Made by a program: the position numbers and the translations under genes. From Candidatus Thorarchaeota archaeon (lineage in GTDB: Archaea > Asgardarchaeota > Thorarchaeia > Thorarchaeales > Thorarchaeaceae): DNA of 21,567 nucleotides. This document shows positions 1-9,052 of the stretch, in pieces (the first letter of the stretch is position 1; each line of letters begins with the position of its first letter). The notes beneath the pieces were generated by a model. It was not told the DNA's origin. It did not search any database and saw only the letters and a list, made by a program, of their open reading frames with translations. Where the stretch lies: assembly GCA_011364905.1 (NCBI GenBank), contig RDNZ01000046.1, forward strand, positions 1 through 21,567, given 5' to 3'.

Positions 1-30
1 TATCTTGGTCGAGGTGAAGGATTTGCTTGA
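1..30 (+). CDS. livG: 3' end of upstream ABC ATPase (LivG-like), partial
   Basis: Frame 1 reads YLGRGEGFA* (TGA 28-30). The YLG C-terminus is typical of LivG/LivF ATPases, and it overlaps the livF start. Confidence 0.6.
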   Translation, partial: YLGRGEGFA

Positions 31-727
31 GTTAAGAAAAGTCTATCATTATTATGAAAAAGCAAAAGCTCTAGAAGAAGTAAATCTACTCGTGGAGGAA
101 GGTTCTCTAGATGCTGTCATAGGACCAAATGGTGCTGGAAAATCAACGCTGCTTAGATGCATTTCAGCGCTGGAGGAGATTGATAGAGGAAGGATAACCT
201 TCCTGGGAGAGAGAATTGATGAGCTGGAACCTCACGAGATTGCGAGGAGAGGAATTGCTCATTGCCCTGAAAGACGTCGGTTGTTCTATGATATGTCAGT
301 AATGGAAAACATAGAACTTGGAGCATATACTCTAAAAGATAAATCAAAATATCCAGCGCTCTTAGATTTTGTTTTTGATATATTTCCTCGACTAGATGAA
401 CGACGCACTCAACGCGCAGGGACTCTCTCGGGAGGAGAGCAGCAAATGTTAGCAATCGCTAGATCACTCATGTCTAGTCCAAAGATGCTCCTTCTCGATG
501 AGCCTTCATTGGGATTGGCTCCAAAGGTGAAGACAAAGATATTCGAAGCGATTCAACAGATTAAGGAAGAAGGTACAACAACTCTTCTGGTTGAGCAGGA
601 CGCAGTCTTAGCTATGGAAGTTGCTGACAATATCTATGTGCTTGAAGAAGGAAAGATAGAGATGAGTGGAACACCAGAGGAACTCGCAAAAGAGCCTCGA
701 ATAAAAAGGGTCTACTTGGGAATATAG
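23..727 (+). CDS. livF: Branched-chain amino acid-type ABC transporter ATP-binding protein (LivF)
   Basis: Walker A GPNGAGKST, CPERRRLF Q-loop region, signature LSGGEQQM, Walker B LLLDEPSLGLAP, LLVEQ switch, C-terminal YLG. Start placed at TTG 23 after GAGGTGA (11-17). Confidence 0.93.
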   Translation: MLELRKVYHYYEKAKALEEVNLLVEEGSLDAVIGPNGAGKSTLLRCISALEEIDRGRITFLGERIDELEPHEIARRGIAHCPERRRLFYDMSVMENIELGAYTLKDKSKYPALLDFVFDIFPRLDERRTQRAGTLSGGEQQMLAIARSLMSSPKMLLLDEPSLGLAPKVKTKIFEAIQQIKEEGTTTLLVEQDAVLAMEVADNIYVLEEGKIEMSGTPEELAKEPRIKRVYLGI

Positions 728-739
728 GGGGGATCAAAA

Positions 740-2080
740 ATTTCAGCTACTCTTGAACAACTTCTACGAGATGCAAAAGTCGAACTTGTTGTCGCCAGGT
801 GTGAAAAGGATCCATCTGTCATAACAGAGCTAATTGAGCATCTTAATAGCGAGATTCGTACAGTTCGGTTTAATGCTGCCTTATCTCTCGGCGAATTGGG
901 TGAAAATGCTGCTGAAAGCGTTTCTAGTTTAATCACATGTCTGGAGGATAACGATTGGAGCATTTGCAGAGAAGCTACGAAATCACTAGGAAAAATAGGT
1001 TCTTCTGCAGTCGATGCAATTCCAAGACTCTCTAATTTACTCTCGGATGATGAGCCATCGATAAGAAAAGAAGCCGCAATTGCATTAGGTAAAATTGGTG
1101 TTGCGACAGATGCTGCCGTTTCTAGTCTAATTGCATCTCTGGAAGACCGTGATGAGGAGATGCGAACCGAGGTTGTAAACGCCTTGGGAAAAATGGGGCC
1201 GGGAGCAGATGCAGCTATCCCGAACTTGATTGAATGTTTCAAAGATCCTAGTTGGACTGTGAGAACTGCAGCTGCTTTGGCAATTGATGGAATTGGAAAA
1301 GGTTCAGCTGCAGCTATTCCCGCTCTTGTCAAAGCTCTTGAAGACCCAGACTGGAGAGTACAACACCGATCTATAAACTCACTAACTCAGATTGGAGAAT
1401 CAGCAATCCCTTCGCTTATGGAAGTCGTTAACCATCCCAATCCCGTTGTAAGGCAGGGAGTTGTTGAAACACTTGGGGAAATGAGAGTTACTGATCCGAA
1501 GGTAATTGATGCAGTTGCATCTTTACTCTCTGACAAGGATGAGAAAGTCCGAGGAAAGTCCGCGGACTCTCTCAGAACCATAGGAGCAAATGCAATACCA
1601 GCACTGATCAATTCCTACGATATTGCAAACAGCAAGATGAAGGTACAAATCCTCTCAGCCTTAGGGGGCATCGGGAGGGATGCAGAGACTGCGATTCCGC
1701 ATGTAATTGCGTTTCTCAATGAAGGTGGTACCAAGATTCGAATTGAAGCGGTCAGATCATTAGGTAAGATAGGAACAGCAGATGAAAATGTAATAAGTGC
1801 TTTAGAGGAAGCTCTTATTGATTCTAATACAGACGTACGCCGCGAAGCTGCGCTCAGCTTAGGAAAACTAGGTTCCAATGCATCAGGTGCTATACCCTCA
1901 CTGTTGAATGCGCTGAATGACAAACATCCTGAAGTTCGGTGGAGAGCATCAGAGGCCCTTGGGTATATTGGCGTCGCAAGTAATGAGGTCGTATCGGGAT
2001 TGGAACTACGCATGCATGATGAGAAGGACTTCGTAGCTGAGGCTGCACAGGAGGCACTCGACTTAATAGGTGGAGAATAA
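740..2080 (+). CDS. HEAT-repeat (PBS-lyase/EZ-HEAT-like) alpha-solenoid protein, about 13 repeats
   Basis: 30-33 aa repeats with consensus AIPxLxxxLxDxDxxVRxxAAxALGxIG. The frame is open upstream of the ORF-track start (896) and encodes most of another repeat (VITELIEHLNSEIRTVRFNAALSLGELG). Start tentatively ATT 740 after a G-rich RBS-like run; start uncertain. Confidence 0.88.
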   Translation: MSATLEQLLRDAKVELVVARCEKDPSVITELIEHLNSEIRTVRFNAALSLGELGENAAESVSSLITCLEDNDWSICREATKSLGKIGSSAVDAIPRLSNLLSDDEPSIRKEAAIALGKIGVATDAAVSSLIASLEDRDEEMRTEVVNALGKMGPGADAAIPNLIECFKDPSWTVRTAAALAIDGIGKGSAAAIPALVKALEDPDWRVQHRSINSLTQIGESAIPSLMEVVNHPNPVVRQGVVETLGEMRVTDPKVIDAVASLLSDKDEKVRGKSADSLRTIGANAIPALINSYDIANSKMKVQILSALGGIGRDAETAIPHVIAFLNEGGTKIRIEAVRSLGKIGTADENVISALEEALIDSNTDVRREAALSLGKLGSNASGAIPSLLNALNDKHPEVRWRASEALGYIGVASNEVVSGLELRMHDEKDFVAEAAQEALDLIGGE

Positions 2081-2100
2081 AATAGGCAGGAAGAACAACA

Positions 2101-3777
2101 ATGACAGACGATCCATATGCTGCAAAACCTTGGTTGAAATTCTATGATGAAGGAGTACCTGAGAGTATTGACTATCCTGAGATTAACCTCTATGAATTTC
2201 TTGACAATACTACTAAGGAATTCGGAAATCAAACTGCAATCTGGTTCCAGAAACGTAAGATTTCATACAAGGATTTCAAGGACATTGCAGACAGACTTGC
2301 GACTGCTTTGAGAGATCTAGGTGTGAAAAAAGGTGACACAGTTGCAATTATGATTCCTAATTTCCCACAGTTTCTGTTTAGCTTCTATGGGATTCTAAAA
2401 GCTGGCGGAATTGTTACAGCATGTAGCGTGTTACTGACTGAGCCAGAGTTGGCATATCAATTGAATGACTCAGGAGCTGAAACCATCATAGCATGGGACG
2501 CTCAGCTTGAAAAGATTAACAACATCAAGGACAGAACAAGACTTCGGAACATAATCATCACAAGCGTAATGGACTACATTCCAAATGCTCCCAGGGACCC
2601 CCCTGAGATAGCTGGTACAATGCAATTCCTTAATCTGATTAGTAAAACAAAACCAGACCCTCCAAAGTTTGAGATTGATCCTAAGACTCAAATTGCGGTG
2701 CTTCAATACACAGGAGGAACGTCAGGACTTCCGAAAGGAGCCATGCTCACTCATTACAACTTGGTATCAAACGCTATTGCTGTCTATAATTTTGTGGCTT
2801 CTGCAATGCACCGAGGAAAGGAAACGGGTTTAACCAATCTTCCGTTATTCCACATCTACGGAATGACAGTTTGTATGAATCTCTGGATATACAATGGATC
2901 TCGAATTGCACTGAATCCTGACGCACGGGATCAAAAGTCATTATTTGAGATAATTCGCGATACAAAACCAGCAATGTTTCCTGGTGTACCAACGATGTAC
3001 ATGCGACTCTTAGAGCGCGATGACCTTGAGGACTATGCAAAGGATTTGAAATCAATACGTTTCTGCAACACAGGTGCAGCGGCTATGCCTCCTGAAGTTT
3101 TACACGAGTTTGAGGATAGAACTGGTTGCATCATAGTCGAGGGGTACGGACTGACTGAGTGTTCGCCAGTCACTCATACCAATCCTCTCGGTGGAACCAG
3201 GAAAATTGGATCTATCGGATTACCACTTCCTGACACTCAAGTTAGAATTGTAGACGTTGAGGACTATACAAAGATCTTACCTATCGGAGAACAAGGGGAG
3301 ATTATGATAAATGGTCCACAGAGAATGCTGGGATATTGGAACAAACCGGAAGCCACCGAAAACCAGATCAAAGATGGTTGGTTGTTGACTGGTGATATTG
3401 CGAGAATGGATGAGGACGGCTACTTCTTCATCATGGACAGGAAGAAGGACATGATTAACGTCAGTGGCTTCAAGGTCTATCCAAGAGAGGTTGAAGATGT
3501 TCTGTTTGAACATGAATCAGTTGAAAAGGCAGCCGTTGTTGGTCTCCCAGATCCCAAGACAATAGGAAGTGATATTGTCAAGGCCTATATTGTCCTGAAA
3601 GAAGGATACAAGGCTGGTGACGAATTGATCAGTGAGATCAAAGACTTCTGCCGGACAAGTCTGTCGCCCTACAAAGTTCCTAAGGAATTTGAAATAAGAA
3701 AAGAGCTCCCTGAAACGCTCGTGGGCAAAGTTCTCCGGAGAGAACTGGTGGAACAGGAGATGGGCCCTGAAGAGTAG
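2101..3777 (+). CDS. fadD: Long-chain-fatty-acid--CoA ligase (ANL adenylate-forming family)
   Basis: YTGGTSGLPKG AMP-binding motif, LPLFHIYG, EGYGLTE, WLLTGDIARMDEDGYFFIMDRKKDMI, SGFKVYPREVE, terminal VGKVLRR lysine. Confidence 0.93.
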   Translation: MTDDPYAAKPWLKFYDEGVPESIDYPEINLYEFLDNTTKEFGNQTAIWFQKRKISYKDFKDIADRLATALRDLGVKKGDTVAIMIPNFPQFLFSFYGILKAGGIVTACSVLLTEPELAYQLNDSGAETIIAWDAQLEKINNIKDRTRLRNIIITSVMDYIPNAPRDPPEIAGTMQFLNLISKTKPDPPKFEIDPKTQIAVLQYTGGTSGLPKGAMLTHYNLVSNAIAVYNFVASAMHRGKETGLTNLPLFHIYGMTVCMNLWIYNGSRIALNPDARDQKSLFEIIRDTKPAMFPGVPTMYMRLLERDDLEDYAKDLKSIRFCNTGAAAMPPEVLHEFEDRTGCIIVEGYGLTECSPVTHTNPLGGTRKIGSIGLPLPDTQVRIVDVEDYTKILPIGEQGEIMINGPQRMLGYWNKPEATENQIKDGWLLTGDIARMDEDGYFFIMDRKKDMINVSGFKVYPREVEDVLFEHESVEKAAVVGLPDPKTIGSDIVKAYIVLKEGYKAGDELISEIKDFCRTSLSPYKVPKEFEIRKELPETLVGKVLRRELVEQEMGPEE

Positions 3778-3857
3778 AGGCTCTTCAATCGACCCTCTCG
3801 CAGAAGAAGGAGTCAGAGGACCATAAAAGGAGCAAATTGCCTTTGTAAGCGCCTTTC

Positions 3858-3871
3858 GAAACGATTATATA
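3858..3871 (+). promoter_or_regulatory. Putative archaeal BRE/TATA promoter for the NIPSNAP-like gene
   Basis: GAAACGA followed by TTATATA about 33-39 nt upstream of ATG 3904. Confidence 0.5.
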
Positions 3872-3903
3872 GAAATTAACTATAGTGAATTCAAGTGATA
3901 ATC

Positions 3904-4203
3904 ATGGCTATGTACATGTTATATCGATCATGTTCAAAATCTGCAAAGGACATGAATGATTTACGAATGAAGTTTGAGGATATCTACAATAAGTACGATG
4001 TGGATATTGTAGGATTCTGGGTAAACGCTAATGATGAGAACGAACTTTACTACCTTTCGAAATACGACGATGAGAACGACTACAAAATGAAAGTCGAACG
4101 CCTTCGTAAAGATGAGGAATATGTTCGACTATCTAAGGAGCTTAATGAAGTTCGTACATCAATTGAAACAACGAAGCTTCTGCCCATGATGGCTGGAGCA
4201 TAG
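3904..4203 (+). CDS. NIPSNAP-like dimeric alpha+beta barrel protein
   Basis: About 100 aa with pattern IYNKYDVDIVGFW...NELYYLSKYDD...LRKDEEY...IETTKLLP, resembling NIPSNAP domains. Start could be 3895, 3904 or 3910. Confidence 0.65.
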   Translation: MAMYMLYRSCSKSAKDMNDLRMKFEDIYNKYDVDIVGFWVNANDENELYYLSKYDDENDYKMKVERLRKDEEYVRLSKELNEVRTSIETTKLLPMMAGA

Positions 4204-4222
4204 AAGAAACTTCGCATTTTCG

Positions 4223-4259
4223 GAAGGTGGCAGGTGAAAAATACTCCACCTTCTTTTTT
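4223..4259 (+). terminator. Hairpin plus U-tract, putative terminator downstream of the NIPSNAP-like gene
   Basis: GAAGGTGG (4223-4230) pairs with CCACCTTC (4246-4253), followed directly by TTTTTT (4254-4259). Confidence 0.6.
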
Positions 4260-4430
4260 CCTCACTAACCTAATTCCCACTATCTTTTGATTTCACCTGA
4301 CAGTTTGTATGGCACACCAATAGACAATATAAGTTTCTCCATTCAAGCATCATAAGTGAGAAGGTTTATTAGCCAAACCATTAAGATTCATGCAATTTAC
4401 ATTTTCAAACAAGACTGAGGAGATTAGAAA

Positions 4431-5369
4431 ATGAATGTCGTTTACAAAAAATGGAATCCTGATGAAAAATTGGAGGAAGTGCAAGCAACAATCTATACTG
4501 AAGTATCGGGTCTGCCAGCAAGACCTGAGGATATCAAGCCACGAAATATTCAGCGAGGTGAGGACTCAACTCGCTATGTTCTTTCGAAAGATGGCGATCC
4601 TTTAGCATATGTCACATCTTGGATTGATGATGAGAAACCAACAGAAGGTGGCATAGGATACCCATGGTCACTCCCCAACTGTCCACATGGGGCAAAAGAG
4701 AAGATTTTCAATGAGTTGTTCGATCATCTGAAGAAGGACAAGAATCTCAAAGATATACGCACTGCAATTGTCGTATCGTCGAAGATAGCTGAGGACCAGA
4801 TCAAATGGTTTGAAGAGCGAGGTTTCAAGGAATATGAACGGGCCTATAGACTTACAAAAGACCTCGATGTTGAAAAGATAGCTTCGCAGAAGTTGCAAGG
4901 GAAAGCCGCCGACTTGAAGAGCCGTCCTGCGACGAAAGATGATGTTGATCTTTTGGTAGATGTCGCACTTTCAGACCCGCAGTTGAAAAGGGCATTTCCT
5001 GATGAGGAAGGCTTCAGGAACTACTTTGAGAATAGAGTCCTCAAGGATGGTAACGCAGTTCTGCTATTTGATGGTGACAAGGTTGTTGGAGCAAGTGCGC
5101 CACTCAAACTCAAACCAGATGGCGTTTTTCTCTTTGGCGATGAAGAGCGAATCTTAATGCGATTCACAGCGATTAGACCAGGCTACAACTACGCATGGGA
5201 GAGACTTGTGGTTGAAGTCGCCAAAGCAGTAAAGACTGCAGGATGGAAAGACACCCCAATACGCGTAGGATTTGGTTTTTCAAATCAAGGCGCCATTGCT
5301 AGCGGAATGGCCGGTATTCTGCCAGACATGGAAGAGTTTGAGATCTTCATGCAGTACAAGGTAGAGTAA
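4431..5369 (+). CDS. Hypothetical protein, probable tandem GNAT-fold (divergent acetyltransferase)
   Basis: 312 aa, RBS GAGGAG upstream. Two halves with GNAT-like patterns (LAYVTSW..GYPWSLP..WFEERGFKEY; SRPATKDDVDLL..VVGAS..AIRPGY). Canonical acetyl-CoA motif A is not evident. Confidence 0.55.
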   Translation: MNVVYKKWNPDEKLEEVQATIYTEVSGLPARPEDIKPRNIQRGEDSTRYVLSKDGDPLAYVTSWIDDEKPTEGGIGYPWSLPNCPHGAKEKIFNELFDHLKKDKNLKDIRTAIVVSSKIAEDQIKWFEERGFKEYERAYRLTKDLDVEKIASQKLQGKAADLKSRPATKDDVDLLVDVALSDPQLKRAFPDEEGFRNYFENRVLKDGNAVLLFDGDKVVGASAPLKLKPDGVFLFGDEERILMRFTAIRPGYNYAWERLVVEVAKAVKTAGWKDTPIRVGFGFSNQGAIASGMAGILPDMEEFEIFMQYKVE

Positions 5370-5406
5370 GACTTGTTTGTCACTCAATCCGGGAACCGTG
5401 AATGAA

Positions 5407-5967
5407 GTGCCTTACAAAAACAAACATGTACTTGGAATCGTTGGTAGTCCTCGCAGGGGCGGAAACACCGAGACCCTAGTTGATACGATACTCAATTCTG
5501 CTGCGGAAGAAGGCGCTATATCTGAGAAGATTATCCTCAATGAACTCGATATAGCTCCTTGCCAAGCATGCGATCGATGCCAACGTACCGGTTCGTGTAT
5601 TCATGACGATGACTTGAAGAAACTATTGCCTTTGATGTATGAATCTGAGGTTTGGGTATTAGGAACACCAATCTATTGGTGGGGCCCTACAGCTCAATTC
5701 AAGGCATTTATTGATAGATGGTATGGTGTTGACCAGAGGAAGTTCCAAGGAAAACAGATTATCATTGCAATCCCTATGGGCGGTGGAAATGGCCATTACG
5801 CACGTCATATCATTGGCATGATTGAAGATATCTGCAATTATCTTGGCATGACTCTAGTTGACACAGTGCTTGCACCGGGAATGATAGATCGAAGTTCCGC
5901 ACGCGAGAGTTCACATGTGATGGACTCGGCTCGAGCTGCCGGGATGAGAATCATGCATGCTTACTAA
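5407..5967 (+). CDS. Iron-sulfur flavoprotein / flavodoxin-like NADPH-dependent FMN reductase family
   Basis: GSPRRGGNT FMN-binding loop, CQACDRCQRTGSC (Cx2Cx2Cx5C) Fe-S motif, GTPIYWW, KAFIDR. Start uncertain (5377, 5398 or 5407). Confidence 0.88.
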   Translation: MPYKNKHVLGIVGSPRRGGNTETLVDTILNSAAEEGAISEKIILNELDIAPCQACDRCQRTGSCIHDDDLKKLLPLMYESEVWVLGTPIYWWGPTAQFKAFIDRWYGVDQRKFQGKQIIIAIPMGGGNGHYARHIIGMIEDICNYLGMTLVDTVLAPGMIDRSSARESSHVMDSARAAGMRIMHAY

Positions 5968-6000
5968 CATGTGTGCTGAGTGATGTACAATCTGCATTTC

Positions 6001-6921
6001 CTAGAGTGTCTTCTTCCAGAGATGAACATCTTCCTTGATGAAACCAAGAGACTCGTATAGTTTTGCCGCAGCTTCAGTTGGAGCTGCGCCCAAAATGACA
6101 ATGCATGTCGGATTGTATTTCTGAACACGTCTAATTCCTTCAGCACAAACTGCCTTTCCGAGACCTCTTCTTCTGTGGTCTGGGTGTGTGCCAACAGGTT
6201 CAAGCTCTGCCATCCTAGTGAGCGGATCGATTCTCACTGTGACAAATGATGCGAAGCTCCCGTCAGGTGCCTCAGTGACAAGATCAAGTTCATCATGATA
6301 AAAACCAGCTTCAGTGTAGAGCATCGCCAGTTTCTCAGTCATGCCACAATGCGAGAACACAGTGTTTACTACCTCACTATAAGGCTCGAAATCTTCAGGT
6401 AACTTGACATGCCTTACAATGTATCCCTCTGGAGCCTGAAAGACTGGAGGCGGGGTGTCATTGGGCCAGACTTGATTGTGTTCACAGACCCCTCCATCCT
6501 CATACTCGAATTCTTGTAAAACTTTGATCCGCGATTTGAAACTGACTGGAACCGGCGTTCCAATTTTCAGTTCTTCCTCGTCATTCTTGCGCATCTGTTT
6601 CCACTGTTCTTCTACAGCAGGAATGAGTTTTCTGACAAGGTTTTCGTGATCAGGGTGTACATTGATCCAAAAGTAACCATTGGATTCGAAGAGAGTCAGC
6701 GCCGCTATCAATGCAGAATTTTCATCCATGTATTCCCAGATTCTGATTCTCGAATCATCCTCACGCTCTTCCTCAGAACCACAAGGACCATGTCTCTCAT
6801 TTTCCAATCTTGAGGGCACGAGGGCGTAGTGTTTTTTCGACAGATTGAATATGTTACCGAGGAATCTACGCGCTTCATCGATGTCATCGTCATAGTGATA
6901 ATTACGCATCCTGTATGTCAT
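6001..6921 (-). CDS. GNAT family N-acetyltransferase (two-domain)
   Basis: C-terminal EPVGTHPDHRRRGLGKA motif A and AAKLYESLGF motif B; degenerate N-terminal GNAT half. Confidence 0.88.
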   Translation of the reverse strand: MTYRMRNYHYDDDIDEARRFLGNIFNLSKKHYALVPSRLENERHGPCGSEEEREDDSRIRIWEYMDENSALIAALTLFESNGYFWINVHPDHENLVRKLIPAVEEQWKQMRKNDEEELKIGTPVPVSFKSRIKVLQEFEYEDGGVCEHNQVWPNDTPPPVFQAPEGYIVRHVKLPEDFEPYSEVVNTVFSHCGMTEKLAMLYTEAGFYHDELDLVTEAPDGSFASFVTVRIDPLTRMAELEPVGTHPDHRRRGLGKAVCAEGIRRVQKYNPTCIVILGAAPTEAAAKLYESLGFIKEDVHLWKKTL

Positions 6922-6986
6922 CTAAGCACCAACCACTGGCAGATTCTAGACAATAAAATCGTACGTATCTGCGTGTTTTTGCTACT

Positions 6987-8066
6987 TCAGAAATCTCGTT
7001 GAATCAGAAAGTCTGATAGACCAATGAGAAACTCCTTGTACTTACTATTCAATGGTGGCTTTGCTTTTTCAAGAGCTTTCTGACCCGTAGTAAGTAGTTC
7101 GCTCATTTTCTTCTTCGTGGATTCCAAAGCACCGGTTTCGCGAAAGAGGTTGCGAACCCTCTCAATTTCTTCATCAGTAATTCCTGGTTTGCCTAGAAGT
7201 GAATCTATCTCCTTTCTTTGTTTGGGACTTGCTTTGGCGTAGGCTTCGAAGACGAGCATAGTCTTCTTTCCTTCTCTAATGTCTCCCGAAACAGATTTGC
7301 CAAGCTTTTCTTCGTCACCAAACGAACCGAGAATATCATCTTGCACCTGAAATGCTTGACCAACCTTGATACCAAACCCCTCAAGCGCTTTGAGCTGAGA
7401 CTCTGTGGCTTGAGCTATAGCGGCACCCATCATGAGGGATCGGTCAAACAGGACTGCAGTTTTCATTCGGACCATTTTGAGATAGGTCTCTGAAGTGGCT
7501 GATGGATCAGTGATCATGTGCATTTCGAGCAAGACGCCATCAACTAAATTCTGGAATGAAAATTCATAGTAATGGTGTACGCGAGCTGCAGCATCTGGGT
7601 CAAGTTTTGCAGCTGTGATTGCAGATGCGCCGAGGTTAATGAGAGAGTCTCCCCCGAGCAGTGCCATAGTCATACCATAGTCAAAAGCTGCATTTGCATC
7701 CTTGTTCTTTTTGAGGAAGACGTCTCGATAGGTTGCATGGAATGTCTTTCCCCCTCGTCGAGTTTCATCATGGTCGATGAGGTCATCATGAAGAAGCGAC
7801 CCATTATGCAAAATCTCTACACAAATTGCGGCGTCATAGAGATTCTTGGGAACAGTGTCGCCTTTGATAGCTTTGTATCCAAGCACAACCAAGACCGGTC
7901 GAAGTCGCTTTCCCCCTCGCATGATGTACTCCTTGACATTTGAGTAGTACTCCTCATGCCAGTGACCAAGTTCACTAACATTGTTGATCCTGTTGGTGAA
8001 GAACTTGTCCAAGGTCTTTACAACTGTGGCAATTTCTCCCTTCAGAGTTTCAAGATAATCTGTCAA
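6987..8066 (-). CDS. idsA: Polyprenyl synthetase, probable geranylgeranyl diphosphate synthase (IdsA type)
   Basis: GGKRLRP, FARM LLHDDLIDHDETRRG, KTA, SARM FQVQDDILG, GDIREGKKT. TTG start with GAGGAG RBS. Product chain length not determined. Confidence 0.88.
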   Translation of the reverse strand: MTDYLETLKGEIATVVKTLDKFFTNRINNVSELGHWHEEYYSNVKEYIMRGGKRLRPVLVVLGYKAIKGDTVPKNLYDAAICVEILHNGSLLHDDLIDHDETRRGGKTFHATYRDVFLKKNKDANAAFDYGMTMALLGGDSLINLGASAITAAKLDPDAAARVHHYYEFSFQNLVDGVLLEMHMITDPSATSETYLKMVRMKTAVLFDRSLMMGAAIAQATESQLKALEGFGIKVGQAFQVQDDILGSFGDEEKLGKSVSGDIREGKKTMLVFEAYAKASPKQRKEIDSLLGKPGITDEEIERVRNLFRETGALESTKKKMSELLTTGQKALEKAKPPLNSKYKEFLIGLSDFLIQRDF

Positions 8067-8306
8067 GAAATTTCTCCTCGCCTCGCATTTTCTGAATCTT
8101 ACTTAAGAGCGTTTCTTATTTTGTCGAGATACATTTCGTAAAACGTCGAACTCCCATTTGAAGAGCTCTCCTTCTTCGTTTCTCCATCGTCATCAATGTT
8201 GAGCAGTAGTTCTTGTAGGGGATCGAGCTATCGCTATACACAATCTATCCTTTGCTCAATCAATATGATGCTTGCATCCAAGTAGGCACCAATGCGAGTT
8301 GCTCAA

Positions 8307-8840
8307 TCACCGATATACAATTGATACAGTCATCGAAAGCACACTAGCTGTGACATTCACTGGTGAAGTGATGTAGTGTACCCACACATAGTTGCCAGGT
8401 GCTAGAGTGATAAAATCGATAACCTCATCATATGAAGTCTGGGTTGTTGCCCCACTTGCTCGTAGGGTTAAGCCCTCTTCACCCATCATCCAATTGACTG
8501 TTGAATTATCCGGATCATGATAGGTATCTAAGATTGATATACTACTTCCTTCGTAAATCACAAAAGTGAACTCGGTGTTTTCAGTACTGGAGAGCCCATT
8601 ACATACTAAATTTATCCGTGGGTGTGCATCCAAGCCCGGATGATCCGGTACTTCAAAAGCTGCTCTGAAATAATACGGATATGATTTGACATTGTACTCC
8701 GTGTTACTAAAGATCGGGACTTCATGATTCTGAGTTTGTACTATGAATACTCCAGTGATAATGAAAGCACTGACAATAATACACCCAACGATGATACCGT
8801 ACTTCCATTTCTTAACGAAACATTCCGCTCCCATACTCAT
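8307..8840 (-). CDS. Hypothetical membrane-anchored/secreted protein
   Basis: Basic N-terminus then one hydrophobic helix (GIIVGCIIVSAFIITGVFIV), followed by a beta-rich domain with N-x-S/T sequons. Confidence 0.7.
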   Translation of the reverse strand: MSMGAECFVKKWKYGIIVGCIIVSAFIITGVFIVQTQNHEVPIFSNTEYNVKSYPYYFRAAFEVPDHPGLDAHPRINLVCNGLSSTENTEFTFVIYEGSSISILDTYHDPDNSTVNWMMGEEGLTLRASGATTQTSYDEVIDFITLAPGNYVWVHYITSPVNVTASVLSMTVSIVYR

Positions 8841-9052
8841 CCATATACAAAAAGGAATTTGAACTTTTACAAATTATATCGGTAACTCCGAAAAACTTGG
8901 AATGGTGATCGCCACAATTGTCATATTCGTTTTTTGAGTATATCATTGCCGTTCTCTTGTTGGATTTTTATCAAAAATTGGTGACTCAGAAATTGAGTAT
9001 AGCCTCTCTAGAACAATTCTAGTTGACTTTTGGAGGGTAGGAAAAATGATGG

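Noticed and set aside
712-2232. Long antisense ORFs 712-1332, 1387-1611 and 1615-2232
   Set aside because: Shadows of the Ala/Leu-rich HEAT gene; no motifs of their own.
6987-8066. Link between the prenyl synthase and prenylation of the Rab-like GTPases
   Set aside because: The GTPases lack C-terminal cysteines, the genes are about 11 kb apart, and GGPP synthesis is explained by archaeal lipid biosynthesis.
8841-9052. AT-rich intergenic region with short palindromes (TTTTTATCAAAAA, CTAGAACAATTCTAG)
   Set aside because: Stems are short and AT-rich, consistent with chance; no tRNA cloverleaf or CRISPR periodicity.
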